Positions 42,180 to 55,128 of a stretch of DNA of 64,000 nt are shown piece by piece (positions within the stretch are counted from its first letter, which is position 1; each line of letters begins with the position of its first letter). A program made the position numbers and the translations under genes. Source of the DNA: Escherichia coli (lineage in GTDB: Bacteria; Pseudomonadota; Gammaproteobacteria; Enterobacterales; Enterobacteriaceae). The notes beneath the pieces are model-generated. The model was given only the letters and a program-made list of their open reading frames with translations, had not been told where the DNA came from and did not search any database. Location of the stretch: the NCBI RefSeq assembly GCF_041886205.1, contig NZ_CP169029.1; one strand, written 5' to 3'.

Positions 42180-42451
42180 TCTTTATTCATTAAATCTGGG
42201 GCGCGATGCCGCCCCTGTTAGTGCGTAATACAGGAGTAAGCGCAGATGTTTCATGATTTACCGGGAGTTAAATAGAGCATTGGCTATTCTTTAAGGGTGG
42301 CTGAATACATGAGTATTCACAGCCTTACCTGAAGTGAGGACGACGCAGAGAGGATGCACAGAGTGCTGCGCCGTTCAGGTCAAAAAAATGTCACAACCAG
42401 AAGTCAAAAATCCAATTGGATGGGGTGACACAATAAAACAGGAAGACAAGC

Positions 42452-44638
42452 ATGTCCGATCGTATCGATAGAGACGTGATTAACGCGCTAATTGCAGGCC
42501 ATTTTGCGGATCCTTTTTCCGTACTGGGAATGCATAAAACCACCGCGGGACTGGAAGTCCGTGCCCTTTTACCCGACGCTACCGATGTGTGGGCGATTGA
42601 ACCGAAAACCGGGCGCAAACTCGCAAAACTGGAGTGTCTCGACTCACGGGGATTCTTTAGCGGCGTCATTCCGCGACGTAAGAATTTTTTCCGCTATCAG
42701 TTGGCTGTAGTCTGGCATGGTCAGCAAAACCTGATTGATGATCCTTACCGTTTTGGTCCGCTAATCCAGGAAATGGATGCCTGGCTATTATCTGAAGGTA
42801 CTCACCTGCGCCCGTATGAAACCTTAGGTGCGCATGCAGATACTATGGATGGCGTCACAGGTACGCGTTTTTCTGTCTGGGCTCCAAACGCCCGTCGGGT
42901 CTCGGTGGTTGGGCAATTCAACTACTGGGACGGTCGCCGTCATCCGATGCGCCTGCGTAAAGAGAGCGGCATCTGGGAACTGTTTATCCCTGGGGCGCAT
43001 AACGGTCAGCTCTATAAATACGAGATGATTGATGCCAATGGCAACTTGCGTCTGAAGTCCGACCCTTATGCCTTCGAAGCGCAAATGCGCCCGGAAACCG
43101 CGTCTCTTATTTGCGGGCTGCCGGAAAAGGTTGTACAGACTGAAGAGCGCAAAAAAGCAAATCAGTTTGATGCGCCAATCTCTATTTATGAAGTTCACCT
43201 GGGCTCCTGGCGTCGCCACACCGACAACAATTTCTGGTTGAGCTACCGCGAGCTGGCCGATCAACTGGTGCCTTATGCTAAATGGATGGGCTTTACCCAC
43301 CTCGAACTACTGCCCATTAACGAGCATCCCTTCGATGGCAGTTGGGGTTATCAGCCAACTGGCCTGTATGCACCAACCCGCCGTTTTGGTACTCGCGACG
43401 ACTTCCGTTATTTCATTGATGCTGCACACGCAGCTGGTCTGAATGTGATTCTCGACTGGGTGCCAGGCCACTTCCCGACTGATGACTTTGCGCTTGCCGA
43501 ATTTGATGGTACGAACTTGTATGAACACAGCGATCCGCGCGAAGGCTATCATCAGGACTGGAACACGCTGATTTACAACTATGGTCGCCGTGAAGTCAGT
43601 AACTTCCTCGTCGGTAACGCGCTTTACTGGATTGAACGTTTTGGTATTGATGCGCTGCGCGTCGATGCGGTGGCGTCAATGATTTATCGCGACTACAGCC
43701 GTAAAGAGGGGGAGTGGATCCCGAACGAATTTGGCGGGCGCGAGAATCTTGAAGCGATTGAATTCTTGCGTAATACCAACCGTATTCTTGGTGAGCAGGT
43801 TTCCGGTGCGGTGACAATGGCTGAGGAGTCTACCGATTTCCCTGGCGTTTCTCGTCCGCAGGATATGGGCGGTCTGGGCTTCTGGTACAAGTGGAACCTC
43901 GGCTGGATGCATGACACCCTGGACTACATGAAGCTCGACCCGATTTATCGTCAGTATCATCACGATAAACTGACCTTCGGGATGCTCTACAACTACACTG
44001 AAAACTTCGTCCTGCCGTTGTCGCATGATGAAGTGGTCCACGGTAAAAAATCGATTCTCGACCGGATGCCGGGCGACGCATGGCAGAAATTCGCTAACCT
44101 GCGCGCTTACTATGGCTGGATGTGGGCATTTCCGGGCAAGAAACTGCTGTTCATGGGGAACGAATTTGCCCAGGGCCGCGAGTGGAACCATGACGCCAGC
44201 CTCGACTGGCATCTGTTGGAAGGCGGCGATAACTGGCACCACGGTGTCCAGCGTCTGGTGCGCGATCTGAACCTCACCTACCGTCACCATAAAGCGATGC
44301 ATGAACTGGATTTTGACCCGTACGGCTTTGAATGGCTGGTGGTGGATGACAAAGAACGCTCGGTGCTGATCTTTGTGCGTCGCGATAAAGAGGGTAACGA
44401 AATCATCGTTGCCAGTAACTTTACACCGGTGCCGCGTCATGATTATCGCTTCGGCATTAATCAGCCAGGCAAATGGCGTGAAATTCTCAATACCGATTCC
44501 ATGCACTATCACGGCAGTAATGCAGGCAATGGCGGCACGGTACACAGCGATGAGATTGCCAGCCACGGTCGTCAGCATTCACTAAGCCTGACGCTACCAC
44601 CGCTGGCCACTATCTGGCTGGTTCGGGAGGCAGAATGA
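42452..44638 (+). CDS. glgB: 1,4-alpha-glucan branching enzyme GlgB
   Basis: 728 aa ORF matching remembered GlgB (GH13). Confidence 0.96.
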   Translation: MSDRIDRDVINALIAGHFADPFSVLGMHKTTAGLEVRALLPDATDVWAIEPKTGRKLAKLECLDSRGFFSGVIPRRKNFFRYQLAVVWHGQQNLIDDPYRFGPLIQEMDAWLLSEGTHLRPYETLGAHADTMDGVTGTRFSVWAPNARRVSVVGQFNYWDGRRHPMRLRKESGIWELFIPGAHNGQLYKYEMIDANGNLRLKSDPYAFEAQMRPETASLICGLPEKVVQTEERKKANQFDAPISIYEVHLGSWRRHTDNNFWLSYRELADQLVPYAKWMGFTHLELLPINEHPFDGSWGYQPTGLYAPTRRFGTRDDFRYFIDAAHAAGLNVILDWVPGHFPTDDFALAEFDGTNLYEHSDPREGYHQDWNTLIYNYGRREVSNFLVGNALYWIERFGIDALRVDAVASMIYRDYSRKEGEWIPNEFGGRENLEAIEFLRNTNRILGEQVSGAVTMAEESTDFPGVSRPQDMGGLGFWYKWNLGWMHDTLDYMKLDPIYRQYHHDKLTFGMLYNYTENFVLPLSHDEVVHGKKSILDRMPGDAWQKFANLRAYYGWMWAFPGKKLLFMGNEFAQGREWNHDASLDWHLLEGGDNWHHGVQRLVRDLNLTYRHHKAMHELDFDPYGFEWLVVDDKERSVLIFVRRDKEGNEIIVASNFTPVPRHDYRFGINQPGKWREILNTDSMHYHGSNAGNGGTVHSDEIASHGRQHSLSLTLPPLATIWLVREAE

Positions 44639-46608
44639 CACAACTCGCCATTGGCAAGCCCGCTCCCCTCGGCGCGCATTACGACGGTCAGGGCGTCAAC
44701 TTCACACTTTTCTCCGCTCATGCCGAGCGGGTAGAGCTGTGTGTCTTTGACGCCAATGGCCAGGAGCATCGCTATGACTTGCCAGGGCACAGTGGCGACA
44801 TTTGGCACGGTTATCTGCCGGATGCGCGCCCGGGTTTGCGTTATGGTTATCGCGTTCATGGCCCCTGGCAACCCGCCGAGGGGCATCGCTTTAACCCGGC
44901 GAAGTTGTTGATTGATCCTTGCGCGCGGCAAATTGACGGGGAGTTTAAAGATAACCCGCTGCTGCACGCCGGTCATAATGAACCTGACTATCGCGACAAC
45001 GCCGCCATTGCGCCGAAATGCGTAGTGGTGGTTGATCACTATGACTGGGAAGATGATGCCCCGCCGCGCACGCCGTGGGGCAGCACCATCATTTATGAAG
45101 CCCATGTCAAAGGATTAACGTACCTGCACCCGGAGATCCCGGTCGAGATCCGTGGCACTTATAAAGCCCTCGGGCATCCGGTGATGATCAACTATTTGAA
45201 ACAGTTGGGCATTACCGCGCTGGAACTGCTGCCGGTGGCGCAGTTTGCCAGTGAACCACGTCTGCAACGCATGGGACTAAGTAACTACTGGGGTTACAAC
45301 CCGGTGGCGATGTTTGCGCTGCATCCGGCGTATGCCTGCTCGCCAGAAACGGCGCTGCATGAGTTTCGCGATGCAATCAAAGCACTGCATAAAGCGGGTA
45401 TCGAAGTCATTCTTGATATCGTGCTCAACCATAGTGCGGAACTGGACCTCGACGGCCCGTTATTCTCGCTGCGTGGGATCGACAACCGTAGCTATTATTG
45501 GATAAGAGAAGACGGCGATTATCACAACTGGACCGGTTGTGGCAACACGCTCAATTTGAGTCATCCGGCGGTGGTGGATTATGCCAGCGCCTGCCTGCGT
45601 TATTGGGTAGAAGCCTGCCACGTCGATGGTTTCCGCTTTGATCTGGCGGCAGTCATGGGCCGTACGCCAGAGTTCCGTCAGGATGCGCCGTTGTTTACCG
45701 CTATCCAGAACTGCCCGGTGCTCTCGCAGGTGAAGTTAATTGCTGAACCGTGGGATATCGCTCCTGGTGGTTATCAGGTGGGAAATTTCCCGCCGCTGTT
45801 TGCCGAGTGGAACGATCATTTCCGCGATGCTGCCCGTCGTTTCTGGCTACATTATGATTTGCCTCTGGGGGCGTTTGCCGGGCGTTTTGCTGCCTCCAGC
45901 GATGTTTTTAAACGTAATGGTCGTCTGCCGAGTGCCGCGATTAATCTCGTCACTGCGCATGACGGTTTTACGCTTCGCGACTGCGTTTGCTTCAACCATA
46001 AACATAATGAAGCAAACGGAGAAGAAAATCGCGACGGGACCAACAACAATTACAGTAACAATCATGGTAAAGAAGGGTTAGGCGGTTCTCTTGACCTGGT
46101 TGAACGGCGGCGCGACAGCATTCACGCCCTGTTAACAACGTTGTTGCTCTCCCAGGGTACGCCGATGTTACTGGCCGGTGACGAACATGGTCACAGCCAG
46201 CATGGCAATAACAATGCCTACTGTCAGGATAACCAATTAACCTGGTTGGACTGGTCGCAGGCAAGCAGTGGTTTAACCGCATTTACCGCCGCGTTAATCC
46301 ATCTGCGCAAGCGCATTCCCGCTTTGGTGGAGAATCGCTGGTGGGAAGAAGGCGACGGCAATGTCCGTTGGCTAAATCGATATGCTCAACCTTTAAGCAC
46401 GGATGAGTGGCAAAACGGGCCGAAACAGCTGCAAATTCTGCTCTCGGATCGCTTTTTGATCGCAATTAACGCCACGCTTGAGGTAACAGAGATTGTTTTA
46501 CCTGCTGGGGAGTGGCACGCCATTCCCCCATTCGCTGGAGAGGATAACCCAGTGATTACGGCTGTCTGGCAGGGACCTGCACACGGATTGTGTGTGTTCC
46601 AGAGATGA
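44635..46608 (+). CDS. glgX: Glycogen debranching enzyme GlgX
   Basis: 657 aa ORF overlapping the glgB stop; GH13 isoamylase-type. Confidence 0.95.
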
Positions 46609-46625
46609 TAAAAAAGGAGTTAGTC
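46579..46625 (+). promoter_or_regulatory. glgC leader CsrA binding region (GGA hairpin plus SD)
   Basis: Hairpin gcacacGGAttgtgtgtg with GGA in the loop (46579..46596) and SD aaGGAg (46613..46618) just upstream of the glgC ATG; matches the remembered CsrA target. Confidence 0.7.
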
Positions 46626-47921
46626 ATGGTTAGTTTAGAGAAGAACGATCACTTAATGTTGGCGCGCCAGCTGCCATTGAAATCTGTTGCCCTGATACTG
46701 GCGGGAGGACGTGGTACCCGCCTGAAGGATTTAACCAATAAGCGAGCAAAACCGGCCGTACACTTCGGCGGTAAGTTCCGCATTATCGACTTTGCGCTGT
46801 CTAACTGCATCAACTCCGGGATCCGTCGTATGGGCGTGATCACCCAATACCAGTCCCACACTCTGGTGCAGCACATTCAGCGCGGCTGGTCATTCTTCAA
46901 TGAAGAAATGAACGAGTTTGTCGATCTGCTGCCAGCGCAGCAGAGAATGAAAGGGGAAAACTGGTATCGCGGCACCGCAGATGCGGTCACCCAAAACCTC
47001 GACATTATCCGCCGTTATAAAGCGGAATACGTGGTGATCCTGGCGGGCGACCATATCTACAAGCAAGACTACTCGCGTATGCTTATCGATCACGTCGAAA
47101 AAGGCGCACGTTGCACTGTTGCTTGTATGCCAGTACCGATTGAAGAAGCCTCCGCATTTGGCGTTATGGCGGTTGATGAGAACGATAAAATTATCGAATT
47201 CGTTGAAAAACCAGCTAACCCGCCGTCAATGCCGAACGATCCGAGCAAATCTCTGGCGAGTATGGGTATCTACGTCTTTGACGCCGACTATCTGTATGAA
47301 CTGCTGGAAGAAGACGATCGCGATGAGAACTCCAGCCACGACTTTGGCAAAGATTTGATTCCCAAGATCACCGAAGCCGGTCTGGCCTATGCGCACCCGT
47401 TCCCGCTCTCTTGCGTACAATCCGACCCGGACGCTGAGCCGTACTGGCGCGATGTGGGTACGCTGGAAGCTTACTGGAAAGCGAACCTCGATCTGGCCTC
47501 TGTGGTGCCGGAACTGGATATGTACGATCGCAATTGGCCAATTCGCACCTACAATGAATCATTACCGCCAGCGAAATTCGTGCAGGATCGCTCCGGTAGC
47601 CACGGGATGACCCTTAACTCACTGGTTTCCGGCGGTTGTGTGATCTCCGGTTCGGTGGTGGTGCAGTCCGTTCTGTTCTCGCGCGTTCGCGTGAATTCAT
47701 TCTGCAACATTGATTCCGCCGTATTGTTACCGGAAGTATGGGTAGGTCGCTCGTGCCGTCTGCGCCGCTGCGTCATCGATCGTGCTTGTGTTATCCCGGA
47801 AGGCATGGTGATTGGTGAAAACGCAGAGGAAGATGCACGTCGTTTCTATCGTTCAGAAGAAGGCATCGTGCTGGTAACGCGCGAAATGCTACGGAAGTTA
47901 GGGCATAAACAGGAGCGATAA
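46626..47921 (+). CDS. glgC: Glucose-1-phosphate adenylyltransferase GlgC
   Basis: ORF 46590..47921; start [17 protein letters not shown] (46626) gives the remembered 431 aa protein. Confidence 0.95.
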
Positions 47922-49354
47922 TGCAGGTTTTACATGTATGTTCAGAGATGTTCCCGCTGCTTAAAACCGGCGGTCTGGCTGATGTTATTGGGGCATTACC
48001 CGCAGCACAAATCGCAGACGGCGTTGACGCTCGCGTACTGTTGCCTGCATTTCCCGATATTCGCCGTGGCGTGACCGATGCGCAGGTAGTATCCCGTCGT
48101 GATACCTTCGCCGGGCATATCACGCTGTTGTTCGGTCATTACAACGGGGTTGGCATATACCTGATTGACGCGCCGCATCTCTATGATCGTCCGGGAAGCC
48201 CGTATCACGATACCAACTTATTTGCCTATACCGACAACGTATTGCGTTTTGCGCTGCTGGGGTGGGTTGGGGCAGAAATGGCCAGCGGGCTTGACCCATT
48301 CTGGCGTCCTGATGTGGTGCATGCGCACGACTGGCATGCAGGCCTTGCGCCTGCGTATCTGGCGGCGCGCGGGCGTCCGGCGAAGTCGGTGTTTACTGTG
48401 CACAACCTGGCCTATCAAGGCATGTTTTATGCACATCACATGAATGACATCCAATTGCCATGGTCATTCTTTAATATTCATGGGCTGGAATTCAACGGAC
48501 AAATCTCTTTCCTGAAGGCCGGTCTGTACTATGCCGATCACATTACGGCGGTCAGTCCAACCTACGCTCGCGAGATCACCGAACCGCAGTTTGCCTACGG
48601 TATGGAAGGTCTGTTGCAACAGCGTCACCGTGAAGGGCGTCTTTCCGGCGTACTGAACGGCGTGGACGAGAAAATCTGGAGTCCAGAGACGGACTTACTG
48701 TTGGCCTCGCGCTACACCCGCGATACGTTGGAAGATAAAGCGGAAAATAAGCGCCAGTTACAAATCGCAATGGGGCTTAAGGTTGACGATAAAGTGCCGC
48801 TTTTTGCAGTGGTGAGCCGTCTGACCAGCCAGAAAGGTCTCGACCTGGTGCTGGAAGCCTTACCGGGCCTTCTGGAGCAGGGCGGGCAGCTGGCGCTACT
48901 CGGCGCGGGCGATCCGGTGCTGCAGGAAGGTTTCCTTGCGGCGGCAGCGGAATACCCCGGCCAGGTGGGCGTTCAGATTGGCTATCACGAAGCATTTTCG
49001 CATCGCATTATGGGCGGCGCGGACGTCATTCTGGTGCCCAGCCGTTTTGAACCGTGCGGCTTAACGCAACTTTATGGATTGAAGTACGGTACGCTGCCGT
49101 TAGTGCGGCGCACCGGTGGGCTTGCTGATACGGTTTCTGACTGTTCTCTTGAGAACCTTGCAGATGGCGTCGCCAGTGGGTTTGTCTTTGAAGATAGTAA
49201 TGCCTGGTCGCTGTTACGGGCTATTCGACGTGCTTTTGTACTGTGGTCCCGTCCTTCACTGTGGCGGTTTGTGCAACGTCAGGCTATGGCAATGGATTTT
49301 AGCTGGCAGGTCGCGGCGAAGTCGTACCGTGAGCTTTACTATCGCTTGAAATAG
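47921..49354 (+). CDS. glgA: Glycogen synthase GlgA
   Basis: 477 aa ORF beginning [22 protein letters not shown]. Confidence 0.96.
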
Positions 49355-51820
<2,466 letters not shown>

Positions 51821-51836
51821 GTTCACTAAAAAACAG

Positions 51837-51866
51837 AACGGGGCCAAAGGGTCCCGTTTTTTTTCG
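51837..51866 (+). terminator. glgP rho-independent terminator
   Basis: Stem aacggggcc/ggtcccgtt with loop aaag followed by a run of eight T. Confidence 0.8.
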
Positions 51867-51936
51867 CCATCATTTCGGAAAAGTGTCCAGAAGGGGCAAG
51901 GGGACTCGGGGAGTATAATTTCGCCATTCAGAAAGA

Positions 51937-53454
51937 ATGGAAAGAATAATGCAAAACAGAAAATGGATTTTGACCTCGCTGGTAATGACTTTTTTCGGCA
52001 TCCCCATACTGACGCAATTTTTGGCAGCGGTTGTTGCTATGCTGGGGGGCGGGCTTGCCGCTATTCTTGAGGTTTGCAATTTACTCTTTACGCCAGCAAT
52101 TTATCTTCTACTCAACGTCTTTATGCTGACTCTGGGGGCGATAATAATATTTTTCTCTGGTCGCGTGTGGGCGGGCGATAGTGCACCAGAAAAAAAAGAA
52201 ATAGCCGTCTGGCGACAATGTCTTTTTTTAGTACCTGCTTTATTCACCCTGGTTGGCTGGATAATCACGCTACATCTGGCAGATTATCAATTTCGCCAGA
52301 TGGGAGACGGTTGGTTGGCAAACCTTATGCTTCCCTGGTTGGGCATTTTTTTAGTCTCATTAGTGGGTGGTGAGTACTGGTGGATAGTCATTATACCCGT
52401 TGGCGCGCATATCAGTTTTTCGCTGGGGTACGGTTGGCCGACCAGACATCTTTTAACGGGCACGTCCGGGTTACGTTGCCGTAATTCCCTCTTGTTTATC
52501 CTTCTCATGCTTGGTTTTGTCGCCGGTTACCAGGCTTATTTATATAAACAGCTTAATCCCGGCGTCGGTGTCCGCGAAAATATTGATACCTGGGCCTGGC
52601 GACCCGATAAACTCAATAATCAACTGACACCATTACGTGGTAAACCGCAAATTCAGTTTACGCAAAACTGGCCGCGACTCGATGGTGCTACGGCGGCGTA
52701 CCCAATTTATGCCTCTGCCTTTTATGCGTTGAGCGTTATACCGGAAGATTTTCACACCAGGGAATATCTGGAGAACTCTCATACCCCCGATGCATATAAC
52801 AGGATTGTTAAAGGTGATGCCGATATTATTTTTGTGGCGCAACCCTCCGGTAGGCAGAAAAAACGCGCTGAGGAATCGGGCGTCACTTTGCTATACACGC
52901 CATTTGCCCGTGAAGCATTCGTTTTCATCGTCAATGCGGATAATCCGGTTAATTCCCTGACTGAACAACAGGTGCGTGACATCTTCAGTGGTGCAATTAC
53001 CAACTGGCGTACTGTTGGCGGTAACGATCAGGAGATCCAGACCTGGCAACGCCCGGAAGACTCTGGCAGCCAGACGGTGATGCAATCACAGGTCATGAAA
53101 AATGTCCGCATGATCTCGCCGCAGGAAACAGAAGTGGCAAGTATGATGGAGGGAATGATTAAAGTCGTTGCCGAATACCATAATACAAAGAACTCAATTG
53201 GCTACACCTTCCGCTATTACGCCACGCAAATGAACGCTGACAAGAATATCAAATTGTTAGCGATTAACGGTATTGCACCCACTGCGGAAAATATCCGTAA
53301 CGGCAAATATCCGTATATCGTCGAGGCATTTATGGTAACGCGGGAAAATATGACCTCAGAAACACAAAAATTGGTGGAGTGGTTTTTAACGCCGCAGGGG
53401 CAGAGCCTGGTGGAAGATGTAGGTTATGTGCCGATGTATAAGACGCTACCTTAA
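51937..53454 (+). CDS. Polytopic membrane domain fused to a C-terminal PstS-like (phosphate-binding-protein fold) periplasmic domain; K-12 has only the yzgL pseudogene here
   Basis: 505 aa ORF; N-terminal ~200 aa hydrophobic, C-terminal region with PBP-like motifs (DGATAAYPIY..., SGSQTV). A TATAAT-like element lies ~25 bp upstream. Start may be M1 (51937) or M5 (51949). Confidence 0.75.
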   Translation: MERIMQNRKWILTSLVMTFFGIPILTQFLAAVVAMLGGGLAAILEVCNLLFTPAIYLLLNVFMLTLGAIIIFFSGRVWAGDSAPEKKEIAVWRQCLFLVPALFTLVGWIITLHLADYQFRQMGDGWLANLMLPWLGIFLVSLVGGEYWWIVIIPVGAHISFSLGYGWPTRHLLTGTSGLRCRNSLLFILLMLGFVAGYQAYLYKQLNPGVGVRENIDTWAWRPDKLNNQLTPLRGKPQIQFTQNWPRLDGATAAYPIYASAFYALSVIPEDFHTREYLENSHTPDAYNRIVKGDADIIFVAQPSGRQKKRAEESGVTLLYTPFAREAFVFIVNADNPVNSLTEQQVRDIFSGAITNWRTVGGNDQEIQTWQRPEDSGSQTVMQSQVMKNVRMISPQETEVASMMEGMIKVVAEYHNTKNSIGYTFRYYATQMNADKNIKLLAINGIAPTAENIRNGKYPYIVEAFMVTRENMTSETQKLVEWFLTPQGQSLVEDVGYVPMYKTLP

Positions 53455-53556
53455 GCAGGATAATCATATGGATACCGGTATTATTCACCTGAACGCGGCG
53501 AATGTTCGTTTTGTTTATCAACCATTTACACGCGACCAGCGGAAGAGGGGGTAATT

Positions 53557-54333
53557 ATGCAACCCAGCCCCGCCATGCAGGCATTAATTGAGCAGATTTA
53601 TTATATTTTTCGTCGTTATCCTGTGCCATCGAGATTTCATGTTTGTTGTCCTTACTGTTTTAGCGAAGAACAACAACAAGCCTTAAGAGGGGTTTCACTG
53701 CGTGCCATACCTTTTCCTTTATTACATGCCTGGGGAACAAGTATTGGCCCTAACCCACAAAATGATGATGAGATTCGCTATTTATTACCCAGATTGTTTG
53801 AATTAATTGCCCAAAGGCAATTTCCAGGCATTTATGAAGGCTGCTGTTTACAGAGAATAGCAGAGGCAGATAACCAGAACTGGCGAAGGGATGAACTACA
53901 AATAATTAGCGATTTCGCCTATTTATATATGCAGGATTGGGTGTCGGCTAAGGAAGTCGTGGAACTGGAAATAATATTAGAAATGTTTTATCGCGGTGGT
54001 ATAAAGATTGAACCCTTACTTGACTCTATTATGTCCATTTCCGGTTACTGGCCGACGGCGTCTATGGCATGTTTGCTCTGGCGTAACAGTAAAGAATACG
54101 TCGAAAATAGCGATTTTGAGCAGAGTGATGATAATAAAACTATTACCACCCAAATCAATACTTGGGCTAGAAACAATCATCCTTTGCTGAAAGAAAGAGC
54201 GCGGCAAGCGATTGAGAACCCACTAAAACAGCCCGAACCAATGACAGAATATCAAGTCTGGGAAGACGACTGGATGATTGATGAGTGTTTATGCGCGATG
54301 TATGACGCATCACCTGAACAATCAGGACAATAA
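53557..54333 (+). CDS. Hypothetical cytoplasmic Cys-containing protein, AT-rich gene
   Basis: 258 aa ORF with strong SD (agaggggg) and no TM segments; codon usage visibly AT-rich compared with flanking glg/glp genes; no family recognised by eye. Confidence 0.65.
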   Translation: MQPSPAMQALIEQIYYIFRRYPVPSRFHVCCPYCFSEEQQQALRGVSLRAIPFPLLHAWGTSIGPNPQNDDEIRYLLPRLFELIAQRQFPGIYEGCCLQRIAEADNQNWRRDELQIISDFAYLYMQDWVSAKEVVELEIILEMFYRGGIKIEPLLDSIMSISGYWPTASMACLLWRNSKEYVENSDFEQSDDNKTITTQINTWARNNHPLLKERARQAIENPLKQPEPMTEYQVWEDDWMIDECLCAMYDASPEQSGQ

Positions 54334-54335
54334 AG

Positions 54336-54935
54336 ATGAAGAAAATCAGACTTTATATTTATCCGCTATATCTCGGCTTTGTTATTGTGCCGTTGTTGGT
54401 ATGGCCGACGGTGGTTGCGCTGGTTGTTGTTGGTATCACACTGAGTTTTCTGATGGAGATGCTGTTCTCAAATTCGTTCATGCACAGGCGTATTTCCCTT
54501 CTGGAATTACAACTTGGGTTATTGGCTGAATATACGCTTTTGTTCTGCGCCATATGTTACGTTGGTTGGCAATTTGCTTCCAGAACTCAATCTGAATTGA
54601 AAAGCAGACTGCATTGTTGGTTGGTATTTGCACCAGTTTATTTCTGGTTGTTCCTGTGGGATATCATTTTCTATGTCGCGCCAGCGAAAATTACATTGCT
54701 GGAAAATATGCGCAGTTTCTTTCTGACCGTTGTCTGGCTCCCACTGAATTTTTCGCCATTTTGGCCTCAGCCGTGGACTGACTTTATCGGTCCGATAAGT
54801 GCACAGCTTGGGTTTGCGTTAGGATATTACTGCCATTGGCGCAGCAAAAATAGAAGCCAGAGGCTGAAGTGGGGGGAGTGGGGAACGTGCCTGAGTTTTG
54901 TTACGTTGGGTATGATGGCGTGGGCTTTACGGTAA
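54336..54935 (+). CDS. Hypothetical small polytopic membrane protein
   Basis: 199 aa ORF starting 3 bp after the previous stop; 4-5 predicted hydrophobic helices; AT-rich. Confidence 0.6.
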   Translation: MKKIRLYIYPLYLGFVIVPLLVWPTVVALVVVGITLSFLMEMLFSNSFMHRRISLLELQLGLLAEYTLLFCAICYVGWQFASRTQSELKSRLHCWLVFAPVYFWLFLWDIIFYVAPAKITLLENMRSFFLTVVWLPLNFSPFWPQPWTDFIGPISAQLGFALGYYCHWRSKNRSQRLKWGEWGTCLSFVTLGMMAWALR

Positions 54936-54984
54936 TTCTCTGACTCAAAAAGTAGGTCAGATTGTTGACAAAGTGCACTTTGTT

Positions 54985-55066
54985 CATGCCTGATGCGGCG
55001 TGAACGCCTTCTCAGGCCTACAAAATCATGCAAATTCAATACATTGCATAAACCACGCATCAGGCA
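54985..55066. repeat. REP elements between the accessory module and the glpD 3' end
   Basis: tgcctgatgcggcgtgaacgccttctcaggcctaca (54988..55022) matches the REP consensus; a partial inverted unit (cgcatcaggca) lies near 55056. Confidence 0.7.
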
Positions 55067-55128
55067 ATTTTGTGTTTATCATCAGTCTCAGGTCAGATTG
55101 AAATCTGACCCGGCCACCTTACGTTAAA

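Noticed and set aside
43676-44578. 300 aa ORF on the minus strand inside glgB
   Set aside because: Lies entirely antisense to a well-supported GH13 gene; amino acid composition (His/Val/Ala-rich, no motifs) is typical of a spurious open frame in GC-rich coding sequence.
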